In this document: in pieces, positions 19,858 through 31,593 of the stretch
Numbering within the stretch: the stretch's first letter is position 1
How the letters are laid out: every line of letters starts with the position of its first letter
DNA from: Phormidesmis sp.
GTDB taxonomy: Bacteria; Cyanobacteriota; Cyanobacteriia; Leptolyngbyales; Leptolyngbyaceae
Reading direction: 5' to 3'
Assembly (NCBI GenBank): GCA_965248535.1
Contig: CBDFJR010000002.1
Location: 1,056,001 to 1,120,000 of the forward strand
DNA: 64,000 bases
Translations under genes and position numbers: made by a program
The notes under the pieces: model-generated
What the model saw: the letters and a program-made list of their open reading frames with translations, nothing else
Told to the model about the DNA's origin: nothing
The model's database searches: none

Positions 19858-20628
19858 ATGTTTTTGATACCCCTTGCTCAAGCTGACCCGTTTCACAAAA
19901 TCCGACTGATCGCAACCGACATGGACGGAACTCTGACGATCGCCGAAAAATTTACGCCCAATCTCTTCAAAGCTTTTGAGACGCTGACCGCCCAAGGCCT
20001 TCAAATCGTGGTCACCACCGGACGATCGGCGGGTTGGGTGAATGGATTGGCGCATTATCTGCCCGTGGTGGGCGCGATCGCTGAAAATGGCGGCGTGTTT
20101 TATCGGGGTGAGTCGGAAATTTTGCTGACGGCGATCGCCGATCTCACCCAGCATCGGCAGCAGTTAGCCGACTCGTTTGCCCGCTTAAAAACTCAGTTTC
20201 CTCACCTTCGAGAGTCGAGCGATAATCGCTTTCGGCTCACCGATTGGACGTTTGATGTTGAAGGATTGAGCCTAGAAGCCTTGACGACGATCGCTCAACT
20301 CTGCGAGTCTTGGGGCTGGAGTTTTACCTACAGCACGGTGCAGTGTCACATTAAACCGCTTCAACAAAATAAAGCAACAGGATTGCTCAAAGCTTTAAAG
20401 GATTATTTTCCCGACTATTCTTCTGAGCAAGTTCTCACGGTGGGCGACAGTCCAAACGATGAGAGTTTGTTTGATGCGAGTCTATTTCCTAGCTCGGTGG
20501 GGGTGGCGAATATTTTGAATTATAGCGATCGGCTTTTGCACAAACCTGCTTATGTGACGGCTGCCTCAGAAGGCGAGGGCTTTTGTGAATTGGTGGCCGC
20601 GATCGTCCACAGCCAATCACATTCCTGA
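19858..20628 (+). CDS. HAD-IIB family hydrolase
   Basis: DMDGTL, TGRS, ENGG, GDSPND; start ATG 19858 chosen. Confidence 0.9.
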   Translation: MFLIPLAQADPFHKIRLIATDMDGTLTIAEKFTPNLFKAFETLTAQGLQIVVTTGRSAGWVNGLAHYLPVVGAIAENGGVFYRGESEILLTAIADLTQHRQQLADSFARLKTQFPHLRESSDNRFRLTDWTFDVEGLSLEALTTIAQLCESWGWSFTYSTVQCHIKPLQQNKATGLLKALKDYFPDYSSEQVLTVGDSPNDESLFDASLFPSSVGVANILNYSDRLLHKPAYVTAASEGEGFCELVAAIVHSQSHS

Positions 20629-20714
20629 AACACTTTCTCCGTTGCCTGCGTTGACGTTCTAAAATATCACTCTGGATTGACACAAACTAGCCGATTCGTC
20701 AGTGAGAACAGAGA

Positions 20715-22400
20715 ATGCCGGACAATCTTAAAAGCCAAGTTGTAACGCAGGGAGTGCAGCGATCGCCCAATCGTGCCATGCTGCGGGCCGTCGGGTTTGG
20801 AGACAGTGACTTCACTAAGCCGATCGTCGGAGTTGCCAACGGGCACAGCACGATTACGCCCTGCAATATGGGCATCGATCCCCTAGCAAAACGCGCCGAA
20901 GCGGGGATTCGAGCAGCAGGCGCAATGCCCCAAATGTTTGGCACGATCACGATCAGTGACGGCATCTCCATGGGTACCGAGGGCATGAAATATTCCCTAG
21001 TATCGCGAGAGGTGATTGCCGACTCGATCGAGACGGCCTGCATGGGTCAAAGCATGGATGGCGTGATCGCGATCGGCGGCTGCGATAAAAATATGCCCGC
21101 AGCCGTGATTGCCATGGCGCGGATCAACATTCCCGCGATTTTTGTCTATGGCGGCACGATCAAACCCGGACATCTGGATGGCAAAGATCTGACCGTGGTT
21201 AGCTCGTTTGAAGCAGTTGGCGAATATAGCGCTGGCAAGATCAGCGAAGAGCAACTGTTAGCTGTTGAGCGCAAAGCCTGCCCCGGCGCGGGTGCCTGCG
21301 GCGGAATGTATACGGCGAATACGATGTCTTCAGCGATCGAGGCGATGGGCCTGAGCTTGATGTATTCCTCCACCATGGCGGCAGAAGACGCTGAGAAAGC
21401 CGATAGCGCTGAGAAGTCGGCGGCCGTCTTAGTTGAGGCGATTCGCCACCAGATTTTGCCCCGCGACATCATCACCCGCCAGTCGATCGAGAACGCGATC
21501 GCGGTGATCATGGCGGTGGGCGGCTCGACGAATGCGGTGCTGCACTTTTTGGCGATCGCGCACACGGCTGGCGTTGAGTTGACGATCGATGATTTTGAAA
21601 CAATCCGGGCCCGCGTTCCGGTTCTGTGCGATCTCAAGCCCTCTGGTCGCTATGTGGCCACCGACTTGCACAAAGCAGGCGGCATTCCGCAAGTGATGAA
21701 AATGCTGCTGGTGCACGGATTGATCCACGGCGACGCACTGACGATTACCGGACAAACGGTTGCAGAACTGCTCCAAGACATTCCCGATCAGCCCCGCCCT
21801 GATCAAGACGTGATTCGCTCCTGGGACAACCCCATGTATGCTCAGGGGCACTTGGCCATTCTCAAAGGCAATCTCGCCACCGAGGGAGCCGTCGCCAAAA
21901 TTACGGGCATTAAAAAAGCTCAAATCACGGGTTCTGCGCGGGTGTTTGAATCTGAAGAAGCCTGCCTAGACGCAATTCTGGCTAAAAAAGTCAGCGCTGG
22001 CGATGTGCTGGTGATTCGCTATGAAGGGCCCAAAGGCGGGCCGGGAATGCGAGAAATGTTGGCTCCGACTTCGGCGATTATCGGCGCAGGGTTGGGCGAC
22101 ACCGTGGGGCTGATCACCGACGGTCGATTCTCTGGCGGCACCTATGGCATGGTGGTTGGTCACGTTGCGCCCGAAGCTTATGTCGGCGGCACGATCGCCC
22201 TAGTGCAAGAGGGCGACTCGATCACGATCGATGCCCCTGCCCGCCTGCTGCAACTCAACGTCTCTGACGACGAACTAGAGCGTCGCCGCGCCCAGTGGCA
22301 ACCTCCCGCACCTCGCTACACCAGAGGCGTATTAGCCAAATATGCCAAATTGGTGTCTTCGAGCAGTTTGGGAGCCGTCACCGACCAAGGTCTAGATTAA
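20715..22400 (+). CDS. ilvD: dihydroxy-acid dehydratase
   Basis: [39 protein letters not shown]. Confidence 0.98.
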   Translation: MPDNLKSQVVTQGVQRSPNRAMLRAVGFGDSDFTKPIVGVANGHSTITPCNMGIDPLAKRAEAGIRAAGAMPQMFGTITISDGISMGTEGMKYSLVSREVIADSIETACMGQSMDGVIAIGGCDKNMPAAVIAMARINIPAIFVYGGTIKPGHLDGKDLTVVSSFEAVGEYSAGKISEEQLLAVERKACPGAGACGGMYTANTMSSAIEAMGLSLMYSSTMAAEDAEKADSAEKSAAVLVEAIRHQILPRDIITRQSIENAIAVIMAVGGSTNAVLHFLAIAHTAGVELTIDDFETIRARVPVLCDLKPSGRYVATDLHKAGGIPQVMKMLLVHGLIHGDALTITGQTVAELLQDIPDQPRPDQDVIRSWDNPMYAQGHLAILKGNLATEGAVAKITGIKKAQITGSARVFESEEACLDAILAKKVSAGDVLVIRYEGPKGGPGMREMLAPTSAIIGAGLGDTVGLITDGRFSGGTYGMVVGHVAPEAYVGGTIALVQEGDSITIDAPARLLQLNVSDDELERRRAQWQPPAPRYTRGVLAKYAKLVSSSSLGAVTDQGLD

Positions 22401-22419
22401 TCCCAGACACGTCAACCCC

Positions 22420-22446
22420 GTGGGGCACAACACATTGTGCCCCCAC
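22420..22446. repeat. REP-like palindrome / possible terminator
   Basis: GTGGGGCACAA-CACA-TTGTGCCCCCAC just after ilvD stop. Confidence 0.7.
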
Positions 22447-22546
22447 CGCCTAACCGAGATTCAGTTAACTATCTTTAACCCGATCGAGCAGCACGTCACA
22501 ATTCCCTAATAATTGATCTAGAGACCTTAAGCAGCGATCGTGACCC

Positions 22547-23011
22547 ATGCCCAAAACTGTTGCGGATGTGATGACGCGTGACCCCTTCACAGTGCGTCCT
22601 GAAACCTCGATCACAGAAGTCATTCAAACAATCGCAGCGCATAAAGTTAGTGGGTTGCCCGTCGTCGATGAGACTGGCAAGCTAGTCGGCATTATTTCTG
22701 AGACCGATCTGATGTGGCAGGAAACAGGTGTTACGCCGCCCGCCTACATTATGATTCTCGACAGCGTGATTTATCTTGAAAACCCGACTCGCTATCAGAA
22801 AGATCTGCACAAAGCCCTAGGGCAAACCGTGGCTGAGGTCATGTCTCGCGATCCGATCACGACCACTGCCGACAAACCGCTACCCGATGCCGCCAGAGTG
22901 ATGCACGATCGCAACATTCGCCGTTTGCCTGTCTTAGACAGCACCGGGCATGTGGTCGGAATTCTCACCCGTGGCGATATTGTGAGGGCCATGGCAGCCG
23001 AGCAAGCCTGA
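22547..23011 (+). CDS. CBS domain protein
   Basis: two CBS repeats (VADVMT...GLPVVD; VAEVMS...RLPVLD). Confidence 0.93.
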   Translation: MPKTVADVMTRDPFTVRPETSITEVIQTIAAHKVSGLPVVDETGKLVGIISETDLMWQETGVTPPAYIMILDSVIYLENPTRYQKDLHKALGQTVAEVMSRDPITTTADKPLPDAARVMHDRNIRRLPVLDSTGHVVGILTRGDIVRAMAAEQA

Positions 23012-23043
23012 AATTTTAACCTCCATATTTTTCTTAATTTAAG

Positions 23044-23709
23044 ATGACTATTACTCCTGATTCAGTCAAAGCCTCTCTCGAATCCGCCGATTTTGGTGAG
23101 CGACTGCGGGCAATTAATCACTTGCGGCAACTTGATCCCGCGATCGCGTTTGATCTGATCAAAGCGCCCGTGGTCGATAGCAATGTGCGGGTGCGCTATG
23201 CGGCGGTCAGTCAACTGTCGTCTCTGGGGCGACAAAACCTAGCAGAATCTCTGAAGATATTGAGAGCCGGGTTGCTCGACCCCGAACCCGATGTGCAGGC
23301 AGCAGCAGCCGACTCGATCGGGGCATTAAAACTCACCGAAGCCTTTGATGACCTAGAAGCGCTCTATCGCCGCACCCCTGAGTGGTTGGTCAGCTTTAGC
23401 ATTGTGGCGGCGCTGGGTGAGTTGGGCAATCTGCGGGCCTTTGAGTTGTTGAAAGAAGCGTTAGCGGCCGATAACGACTTGCTAAAAACGGCAGCCATTG
23501 GCTCTCTTGGAGAACTGGGCGACGTTCGCGCTGTGGAGATCATCGTTCCCTATATCACCAACCCAGATTGGCAGATTCGCTATCGAGTCGTGCAGGCTTT
23601 GGGCGCATTGAACACACCAGAGGCGCGATCGGCCCTAGAGACTCTGACCACCGATGACACTGAGCAAGTTGCTCAACAAGCCAAAAACTGTCTAGAAGCG
23701 GCTATCTAG
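23044..23709 (+). CDS. nblB: phycobilisome degradation protein NblB (HEAT/PBS lyase repeats)
   Basis: L.S.DFGERLRAINHLRQL, RVRYAAVSQL, HEAT repeats; follows CBS gene. Confidence 0.88.
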   Translation: MTITPDSVKASLESADFGERLRAINHLRQLDPAIAFDLIKAPVVDSNVRVRYAAVSQLSSLGRQNLAESLKILRAGLLDPEPDVQAAAADSIGALKLTEAFDDLEALYRRTPEWLVSFSIVAALGELGNLRAFELLKEALAADNDLLKTAAIGSLGELGDVRAVEIIVPYITNPDWQIRYRVVQALGALNTPEARSALETLTTDDTEQVAQQAKNCLEAAI

Positions 23710-24655
23710 AGCTAGCCCGATCGTGGTGAGGCTCGGCTTTGCGATCAGCGGTTAACCCCGTCCAACCTGTGAGACTTTGCAGATAGAGACTGCCCACGGT
23801 GACTAGGAAAAGGACATAAGCGATCGCTTCTACCCAATACAGTCGATCGACATACCCAAACAAAGTGTGCAAAATAATGCCGGGAAACTGACGATCGGGC
23901 AACACTCCATGCAGATTCCAAACGAGAGAACCAAGAAAACAGGAGGCTTGAGAAACGCAGACCGACGCGTAGTGGGAATCGAGCTGTGCCAACATTGCAA
24001 ACCCTTTGTCAAAATGCGCTAGGGCTGAAACTACCAATCCAGCCACGATCAGCAACAAGAAAACGCCCATCACCTGAAAAAACACTCGCAGGTTAATCTT
24101 GACTCCCCATTTGAAGAGCAGGACTCCGATCGCCGTTGCCATGATCAAACCCGCCACTGCCCCCAACGCCGGAACCCAACCCTGCTGAAACTTGGCGGCG
24201 ATAAACACCACGGTTTCAAATCCTTCTCGCAGCACGGCAATAAAGATTAGCCAAAAAATTCCCCATCCCTCCCCAGAGTCTGCTTTGAGAGCACTGCTGA
24301 TCTCGGTTTCGACCTGAGATTTGAGCGATTTTGCCTGTCGCGTCATCCAGACGAGCATCCAACTTAATAGGGCGATCGCAACCAGCCCAAACACTCCTTC
24401 TAAAAGCGGCTTTAGAACGGGAGCATAGGGTTGATCAGACCTCTCTAATGCCTGAATTGTCCATCCGAATAGAAACCCGACTAAAACACTAGACAAAACG
24501 CCTGTTCCGATGCCGCTATAAACCCAGGGATTGAGGGAAGATTGACCTGCTTTTTTGAGATAGGCCATCACGATTCCTACGACGAGGGCGGCTTCGACCC
24601 CTTCGCGCAGGGTGATCACAAACGTTGGAATGGCAGCACTAAAATCGATGGGCAT
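23702..24655 (-). CDS. FTR1 family iron permease
   Basis: two RExxE motifs (LREGVEA, LREGFET), multiple TMs; start ATG 24655 chosen. Confidence 0.93.
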   Translation of the reverse strand: MPIDFSAAIPTFVITLREGVEAALVVGIVMAYLKKAGQSSLNPWVYSGIGTGVLSSVLVGFLFGWTIQALERSDQPYAPVLKPLLEGVFGLVAIALLSWMLVWMTRQAKSLKSQVETEISSALKADSGEGWGIFWLIFIAVLREGFETVVFIAAKFQQGWVPALGAVAGLIMATAIGVLLFKWGVKINLRVFFQVMGVFLLLIVAGLVVSALAHFDKGFAMLAQLDSHYASVCVSQASCFLGSLVWNLHGVLPDRQFPGIILHTLFGYVDRLYWVEAIAYVLFLVTVGSLYLQSLTGWTGLTADRKAEPHHDRASSR

Positions 24656-24776
24656 AGATTGGGGTTCTAACGTTGACAACCTCCTATAAAGCTAGCAACA
24701 AACTCGGTTTATAGGGTTGGGATTTGAGCTAGTGGGTTTGGTTGGCGATCGTGCTGAAAATTGCGTGGACTCTGGC

Positions 24777-24804
24777 GGAGGGCACGGCAATGCCGTGCCC
24801 CCAC
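24777..24804. repeat. REP-like palindrome
   Basis: GGAGGGCACGGCA-A-TGCCGTGCCCCCAC just downstream of the amylase stop. Confidence 0.7.
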
Positions 24805-24816
24805 GAGGGTGCTCGG

Positions 24817-26304
24817 TTAGGGTTGTGACGGTTGCGGAACCCACACCGACACCGACCCACCATTGCATCGAAACTCGCCCCACCCGTGCTCATTGGTGAC
24901 AACAGGTTCGCTAATGTGTTCAGTGAGGTCGATATAGGTGCAATTGGGGTGCCCGACTTCCATCGATTTCCACCCTTCAGAGCCATTGCTCAACACCACT
25001 GCCATGCCCCCCGGATGGTCGGCATCACCCAAGCGCGTCCACCCGATCGTGTTGGGGTGATCAAAATAATTGTATTGATCTCCATAAGCGTAGGTCTGAC
25101 GCGCAAATAAGAATTTGTCAATTAGCCAGCGATGGCTATCCATCCAAATTTCATATTCATTGCCATCATTGCCATGATCGCGATAGTGTGCGCCGTAGTA
25201 ATCGCCATAGAAAATGCAGGGATATCCTTCACGACGCAGCAAAATCAGCGCATAGGCCAACGGCTTAAACCAAGATTCCACGATCGATTCCAAAGACTGC
25301 AACGGCTGAGAATCGTGGTTTTCGACCAGCGTCACCGCCAGACACGGCTGCTGTTGAACGAGGGTGTTGTCAAAAATTTGCCGCATATCATAGCCGCTGC
25401 CGCCAACGCTAGCCGCATGAAAATTGTAGTGGAGCGGCGCATCAAATAGCGCTACTTTTCCCTGCGTTACATCAATGAAATGGTGCAAGGCTTCGACTTC
25501 ATAAGACCAATATTCACCCACGGCAAACAGGTCGCGCTGCACATAGTTGCGAACGTGCTCAAACCAATCTTGAAAGAATTCTGCCGAGACGTGTTTGACG
25601 GCATCAAATCGAAATCCATCCACCTTAGTCGTGTCTAGATACCATTCACCCCAATACTTGAGTTCTCCTCTCACTTCCGGGTGCTGAATATCGAGATCGC
25701 AGCCCATCAGATAGTCATAGCCGCCTTTCTCTTCGTCCACGTTGTCATCAAACTGCTTACCTTCGAGCAGATAAATGGCATTTTCGTCTTGGTGATAGGC
25801 GTTGTAGTCGATCGCGTCAAAGTGCCACCAATGCCACTGCATACTAGAGTATTTTTCGCCACGACCCGGAAAGGTGAAGTGCGTCCAGGATTTGATCGGC
25901 TGATAGTCACCGACGACAGCGTGGCGATTTTCAGGATCAAACGGTGTTGCGGCCACTTCTTCTTCTGCGTCTGCCCCCATTTTGTGATTGAACACGACAT
26001 CCGCATAGATTCGCAGCCCGGCACTCTGGGCGGTCTCAATGGCGTTTAGATACTCACTCTTCGTTCCATATTTGGTGCGAACTGAACCCTTTTGGTCAAA
26101 CTCGCCCAGATCAAACAGGTCATAGATGCCATAACCCACATCATATCCACCACCCGTGCCCTTGTAGGCAGGAGGCAGCCAGAGCGCTGTGATTCCAGCC
26201 TTCGATAACTCTTCAGCCTTCTCTGCAAGCTGATTCCACAAGCTACCATCACTGGGGATATACCAGTGAAAGTATTGCATCATGACACCATTCGGTTCAG
26301 ACAT
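24817..26304 (-). CDS. alpha-amylase (GH13)
   Basis: MMQYFHWY, DVVFNH, GFRFDAVKH, VGEYW, VENHD. Confidence 0.96.
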   Translation of the reverse strand: MSEPNGVMMQYFHWYIPSDGSLWNQLAEKAEELSKAGITALWLPPAYKGTGGGYDVGYGIYDLFDLGEFDQKGSVRTKYGTKSEYLNAIETAQSAGLRIYADVVFNHKMGADAEEEVAATPFDPENRHAVVGDYQPIKSWTHFTFPGRGEKYSSMQWHWWHFDAIDYNAYHQDENAIYLLEGKQFDDNVDEEKGGYDYLMGCDLDIQHPEVRGELKYWGEWYLDTTKVDGFRFDAVKHVSAEFFQDWFEHVRNYVQRDLFAVGEYWSYEVEALHHFIDVTQGKVALFDAPLHYNFHAASVGGSGYDMRQIFDNTLVQQQPCLAVTLVENHDSQPLQSLESIVESWFKPLAYALILLRREGYPCIFYGDYYGAHYRDHGNDGNEYEIWMDSHRWLIDKFLFARQTYAYGDQYNYFDHPNTIGWTRLGDADHPGGMAVVLSNGSEGWKSMEVGHPNCTYIDLTEHISEPVVTNEHGWGEFRCNGGSVSVWVPQPSQP

Positions 26305-26766
26305 AAAGCGCCCTCGGTTAGAAAGTTACAGGTATGAATTTTTCGAGCTTGAACAGTGCCGGGCGATCATCCAGCAACGTCTTACTACAAAGTGCCCTTA
26401 AAAAGATGGAAATTAGAGTGGTCTGAACATCCTGAAAGCTGCCACCCATCAGGAAATATGGATTCGTCGTTTCCCTATAGCTAAAGGATTTTAGGGGGTT
26501 GAGCTAAGTTTATCTATCTGTCTAGAGAGAAGTTTCAGCAGGGCTTTGTGGGGGCAAGTCACACACTTTTAGCATTTTCATCGATCCTTGGCTAGACTTG
26601 ATATCGTTCGTTAGACAGAGATGATTTGAGAGAGCGTTAACAGATCATCTCTCTAAAGCCGTAGATTTTTTGAGACGGGTTCACCGCGATCGCTGGTCAT
26701 CGTGACCCACGCGAAGTTTAGTGCGATCGCCTATAATTTTGGGCATCCATTGTTCCTTCGCTGCCC

Positions 26767-27588
26767 ATGACCGATGCTTATTCTCAACCTAGTCGCGAAT
26801 GGTGGGCACAGCGCTGGGTCGATGTCTTAGAGTCATTTGGCTGGACTCGACGCTTGGCCCGGGCCCGCACCTATGCCAGAGAAGGAAACGTCTTAACGAT
26901 CGATTTTCAAGGCGCTAAAGTCTCTGCCAACGTTCAAGGAACGGCTCCCGAACCCTATAAAGTGTCGTTGTCTCTCGACCCGTTTAGCGACGATCAGTGG
27001 GGCTATGTGATTGAGTCAATGGCAGAGCGAGCCATCTTTTCGGCTAAACTGCTGGCTGGAGAGATGCCCCAAACCATTGAAGAAGTGTTTACTGCCAATG
27101 GGTTGAGCCTATTTCCGTTTAATAAGTTTGACATTCACAGCCGCTGTTCTTGCCCCGACCCGGCAACCCCTTGCAAACATATTGGGGCGGTTTACTATTT
27201 GTTGGGCGATCGCTTCAGTGAAGACCCGTTTGTGTTGTTTCAACTGCGGGGGCGCACCAAAGAGCAAATTATCGAAGCGTTGCGGCAAACGCGCAGCGCG
27301 GGCGGCGACACTCCAGACGTAGGAGTCTCGATCGTGCCGGAGACTGTTCAAACAATTCGCCCTGCTACAGCCCTGAAGCTCGATCGCTTCTGGCACTATG
27401 CCGAACAACTCGAACCGACGCTGATCGTGATCGTTCCGCCGCCCAGCAGTGAGACGGTTTTAGAGGTGCTGGGCCCGATTCCGCTTAAGCCCGAAACCCC
27501 TGCTAATCAAGCCGCGATGGAGTATCTCGACGCGATCTATCAAGAAGTCAGTCAGCAAGCCGTTCAGAGGGCGATGACCACTGAATAG
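26767..27588 (+). CDS. SWIM zinc finger family protein
   Basis: CSCPD...PCKH; DPFVLFQLRG. Confidence 0.93.
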   Translation: MTDAYSQPSREWWAQRWVDVLESFGWTRRLARARTYAREGNVLTIDFQGAKVSANVQGTAPEPYKVSLSLDPFSDDQWGYVIESMAERAIFSAKLLAGEMPQTIEEVFTANGLSLFPFNKFDIHSRCSCPDPATPCKHIGAVYYLLGDRFSEDPFVLFQLRGRTKEQIIEALRQTRSAGGDTPDVGVSIVPETVQTIRPATALKLDRFWHYAEQLEPTLIVIVPPPSSETVLEVLGPIPLKPETPANQAAMEYLDAIYQEVSQQAVQRAMTTE

Positions 27589-27667
27589 TGGGGTTGATTT
27601 TTTTCAATTGATCCCTCAAAGCCGTAGACTAAAGGATGCAATTCATCCTGTTTGAAGCTGAATACCC

Positions 27668-28393
27668 GTGCGAAAAATTGTTATTGCTGGCAACTGGAAG
27701 ATGTATAAAACCCAGGCAGAAGCCATGGAGTTTTTGCAAGGCTTTAAGTCTGAGCTAGACAACACCCCCGACGATCGAGAGATTATTCTGTGTGTTCCGT
27801 TTACTGATTTAGATCTTTTGTCTAAAACTCTGCACGGCAGCCGCATTCAAATTGGCGCTCAAAATGTCCACTGGGAGACATCAGGGGCCTACACGGGCGA
27901 AATCGCTGCCCCAATGCTGATGGAAGCAGGGGTGCGCTATGTGGTCATTGGTCACAGTGAGCGCAGACAATATTTTGGCGAAACGGATGAAACGGTGAAT
28001 TTGAGGCTGAAAGCGGCTCAAAAAGCAGGGCTGACTCCGATTTTGTGCGTTGGCGAAACCAAACAACAGCGCGACGCTGGAGAAATCGAGTCTCATATCT
28101 TTAGTCAGCTTGCAAAGGGTTTGGTAGACATCGATCAAGCCAGGTTGGTGATTGCCTATGAGCCAATTTGGGCGATCGGGACGGGCGACACCTGTGCGTC
28201 AACCGAGGCGAATCGGGTGATCGGCTTGATTCGCAGCAAACTCAGCAATTCTAATGTCCCGATTCAGTATGGCGGGTCAGTCAAGCCAGACAACATTGAT
28301 GAGATTATGGCTCAACCTGAGATTGATGGGGCCTTGGTCGGCGGTGCCAGTTTAGAGGCAACCAGCTTTGCGCGGATCGTCAATTTTCAGTAG
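27668..28393 (+). CDS. tpiA: triose-phosphate isomerase
   Basis: [29 protein letters not shown]. Confidence 0.98.
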   Translation: MRKIVIAGNWKMYKTQAEAMEFLQGFKSELDNTPDDREIILCVPFTDLDLLSKTLHGSRIQIGAQNVHWETSGAYTGEIAAPMLMEAGVRYVVIGHSERRQYFGETDETVNLRLKAAQKAGLTPILCVGETKQQRDAGEIESHIFSQLAKGLVDIDQARLVIAYEPIWAIGTGDTCASTEANRVIGLIRSKLSNSNVPIQYGGSVKPDNIDEIMAQPEIDGALVGGASLEATSFARIVNFQ

Positions 28394-29472
28394 GACGCTA
28401 GGGCTGGGTCGTCTCCGATCTTTTTGCCCTTGAGCCAATAAGTCACCATCTTGCCTTTGCCTTTAACGTCGATCGGGCCGCGTTCTTCAAACCAGTAGCG
28501 ATCGCGCAGTCGCTCATAGGTTGAAGCGGTGACTTGAATGCAGCCTGCAATGCCGTGAGACTCCATGCGGCTAGCCATATTCACTGTGTCGCCCCACAGG
28601 TCGTAAGTAAATTTGTGGGTGCCAATCACCCCTGCCACCACTGGGCCTGTGCTGACCCCGATTCGCATGATGAAGGCTTCACCCGTCTCTTGGTTGAACT
28701 GGCTGATCGCTGTCTGCATGTTTAGCGCCATCGCCGCGATCGCGTTGGCATGATCAGGGTTGGGCATCGGCAGCCCCCCCACCACCATATAGGCATCTCC
28801 AATCGTCTTAATCTTTTCTAAACCGTGCTGGTAGGTAAGCCGATCAAAGGCCGAAAAGATTTTGTTGAGCAGCGTCACAATCTCGATCGGGGATTTTTGA
28901 GTCGATAAGTGAGTAAACCCCACAATGTCGGCAAACAAAACCGTGGCTTCAGGAAAGCTCTCGGCGATCGTGCTGGAATTTTGCTTAAGCTGATCAGCCA
29001 CGGGCTTCGGTAAAATATTGAGCAAAAGCCGCTCTGACTTTTCTTGCTCTATCTGAAGCTCTTTTAAGAAGGCTTGCTCACGATCGCGCAATCGCTTTTT
29101 TTCAAGACTGGCCTCGGTGCGGGCTTTGAGAAGGGTGGGGTTAAAGGGCTTGAAAAGATAGTCTTCGGCCCCAAGCTCAATGCAGCGCACAACGCTGTCG
29201 ATGTCATTTAACGCCGAAATCATGATCACCGGAATGTGGCGCAAAGCCGGATCTGCCTTGAGATGCTCTAACACCTCATAGCCCGTCATAAAAGGCATCA
29301 TGATGTCAAGCAACACTAAATCTACAGGCTGCTCTCCGAGCAATTCCAGCGCTTGTCGCCCATTTTCCGCCATGACGATGCGGTGTCCTTGACGCTGAAG
29401 ACGACGAGCGAGCAGGTCGCGGTTAGTTTCAATATCATCCACAATCAGCACAATTCCCGGTTCGTCGCTCAT
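28387..29472 (-). CDS. response-regulator adenylate cyclase (REC + class III cyclase)
   Basis: [47 protein letters not shown]. Confidence 0.95.
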   Translation of the reverse strand: MSDEPGIVLIVDDIETNRDLLARRLQRQGHRIVMAENGRQALELLGEQPVDLVLLDIMMPFMTGYEVLEHLKADPALRHIPVIMISALNDIDSVVRCIELGAEDYLFKPFNPTLLKARTEASLEKKRLRDREQAFLKELQIEQEKSERLLLNILPKPVADQLKQNSSTIAESFPEATVLFADIVGFTHLSTQKSPIEIVTLLNKIFSAFDRLTYQHGLEKIKTIGDAYMVVGGLPMPNPDHANAIAAMALNMQTAISQFNQETGEAFIMRIGVSTGPVVAGVIGTHKFTYDLWGDTVNMASRMESHGIAGCIQVTASTYERLRDRYWFEERGPIDVKGKGKMVTYWLKGKKIGDDPALASY

Positions 29473-29571
29473 CTAATCGCCTCGTTTAGCCAGAGTTGCC
29501 TAGAGATTGCCAATAAAAGTTGTCGTTTAAATAACAGGTCACTTAGCAGTATTCTAGAAGTTATTTCCCAG

Positions 29572-31497
29572 TCAGTATAAATTGGGGCTAATTTTTTGCA
29601 CCGATGGCTTCGATCGAGCCGTTGTCTGATCGATCACCTGCACTGGGATTTGCATCGTGAAGGTGGTGCCGTGACCTAATTCACTCTCGACGCTGATGAT
29701 GCCGCCCATCATCTGACAAAACTTTTGCGCGATCGCTAGACCTAGCCCCGTGCCGCCATATTTGCGCGTGATCGACGCATCTGCCTGCACAAACGCCTGA
29801 AACAATTTGTCGATCTGGTCTTGCGTCATGCCAATTCCCGTGTCAGACACTTTAAAGAGAGTGACGGCTAAAAGCGGGTCAGAATGCTGCTCTTCCTGCT
29901 TTTCTACCGCCAGGGTGATCGTCCCCCGATCGGTGAATTTAATGGCATTGCTGAGTAGGTTATAGAGATTTTGCCGAGTCTTAGCGAGGTCAGCATAAAT
30001 GCTGCCAATCTGATCATCGCACTCTACCGTTAGGGTGTTGCCCGTTTTTTGCACCAGAGGTTTGAGAGTGCTCACCACTTCTTGAACTAAACTCGACAGG
30101 TCAAAAGATTCTAGATAAAGATTCATCCTCCCAGCTTCGAGTTTAGAAAAGTCGAGAATGTCGTTAATCAACGCTAAAAGCTGTCTGCCTGCGTCGCTGA
30201 TCTTTTGCAAATCGGGCACAAAGTTAGTGTGCTGAGACTCGATGCTTGCACCGCGCTGCGCGTTCGCATCTTCTTGCAGCATCTCACTGTAGCCAATAAT
30301 GGCATTCATCGGAGTCCGCAATTCATGACTCATGTTGGCCAAAAACTGACTTTTGGACCAGTTTGCTTCTTCTGCGGCTTCTTTGGCGTTCTTTAAATCA
30401 CGAGTCGATTGTTGAAGGTCAATCTCATATTGCTCTAAAGCAGTCAGCATCGTGTTGATGGTAAAGCCCAAATTTGCAAGCTCGTCATTGCTCTGCACTG
30501 AGACCCTTAGCGATAAATCGTTGCTTTCGCTCACTTGGCTGACTTCTTGGTTAAGCTGGGTAAGCCGAGACAGCACCAGCCTTTCTAGCAGCAGCAGGGT
30601 CACACCCCCAAAGATTAAGCCAACTAATAGAATCAACACGCTAAGAAACCAGATCGCTCGTTTGCCCTGACGATAGATGTCTCTGGGGCTGCTGACCTGC
30701 AAGATCAGGGCGGGTTTGCCATAGAGGTCTCTCAAAAGCGCAGCCCCGATGATGGTCTTCTCATCAATGTCGCTGACGGTGATGTCTGCTTTGTTTAAAT
30801 CTAGAGAAGCGTTTGCCCCAAAGCCTGAAGGTAGTTTGCCATCGTTTAAGACCTGAAGGGTCAGCGGCGTTTGGATTAGTTTGGCGAGTCGTCTGAGTTC
30901 GTCAGCATTTAAGTAGCGACCGACGATCAACGTCCCGCGAGTCGGGCCTTTTCCTTCGCTGGTTCTGATCGGGCGCGATGCAATCATCAGTGCGCCTTCT
31001 GAAGTGGCTATGATTCCGGCAAAGTTGCCCCCGCGACTGGTCACTCGCAACAGCCGATCGCCCACATTCAACCGCTTTAGCAAGGGGGCTGGAATCGGGG
31101 CTTTTTGTCTGGTTTGCAAATCAAATCCAGTGCCAAACACGATTTTGCCAGATGGATTGACGAAGACGATCGCGTTGACTCTAAGAGCCGCCAATTGCAC
31201 GTCAACCAAATTAGACCGAATGAATTCTGAGTTGCCATCTTGCACAAACTGATAGGCATCATCCCAGTCTGACCAGTCTGAAAATCGCTCGTTAAACTGA
31301 TCAAGGTTCTGCGTAAAAACACCCAGCGCTCCTTGGGTGATCTGGCGCGTATTGCGCTCTTCTGCTTGACGAGAGCTACCGAGCAATAGCGTTGAGGAGA
31401 CTGCATAAAGTGCCCCGTTTAGGCTCACAAGGGTGACTCCAATTACGAGCAGCGTCCTTCGTCTTAGAGTGAGAAAACTGCTCTTTTCAAACCTCAT
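29572..31497 (-). CDS. CHASE4-HAMP sensor histidine kinase
   Basis: DWSDWDDAY (CHASE4), HAMP DEL..L, MSHELRTP, NLLSNAIKFT, DTGIG, GGTGLGL; start ATG 31497 chosen. Confidence 0.93.
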   Translation of the reverse strand: MRFEKSSFLTLRRRTLLVIGVTLVSLNGALYAVSSTLLLGSSRQAEERNTRQITQGALGVFTQNLDQFNERFSDWSDWDDAYQFVQDGNSEFIRSNLVDVQLAALRVNAIVFVNPSGKIVFGTGFDLQTRQKAPIPAPLLKRLNVGDRLLRVTSRGGNFAGIIATSEGALMIASRPIRTSEGKGPTRGTLIVGRYLNADELRRLAKLIQTPLTLQVLNDGKLPSGFGANASLDLNKADITVSDIDEKTIIGAALLRDLYGKPALILQVSSPRDIYRQGKRAIWFLSVLILLVGLIFGGVTLLLLERLVLSRLTQLNQEVSQVSESNDLSLRVSVQSNDELANLGFTINTMLTALEQYEIDLQQSTRDLKNAKEAAEEANWSKSQFLANMSHELRTPMNAIIGYSEMLQEDANAQRGASIESQHTNFVPDLQKISDAGRQLLALINDILDFSKLEAGRMNLYLESFDLSSLVQEVVSTLKPLVQKTGNTLTVECDDQIGSIYADLAKTRQNLYNLLSNAIKFTDRGTITLAVEKQEEQHSDPLLAVTLFKVSDTGIGMTQDQIDKLFQAFVQADASITRKYGGTGLGLAIAQKFCQMMGGIISVESELGHGTTFTMQIPVQVIDQTTARSKPSVQKISPNLY

Positions 31498-31593
31498 GAT
31501 GGTGCCGTTTTTCAACAAGGATTTAGACTCAACCCTTACAAGGATGCCCAAAAAATTTTAACCCTGCCAGCCAGAAAGACTTATTAACATAGA

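Noticed and set aside
29473..29571. remnant response regulator between kinase and cyclase
   Set aside because: translation shows no REC motifs
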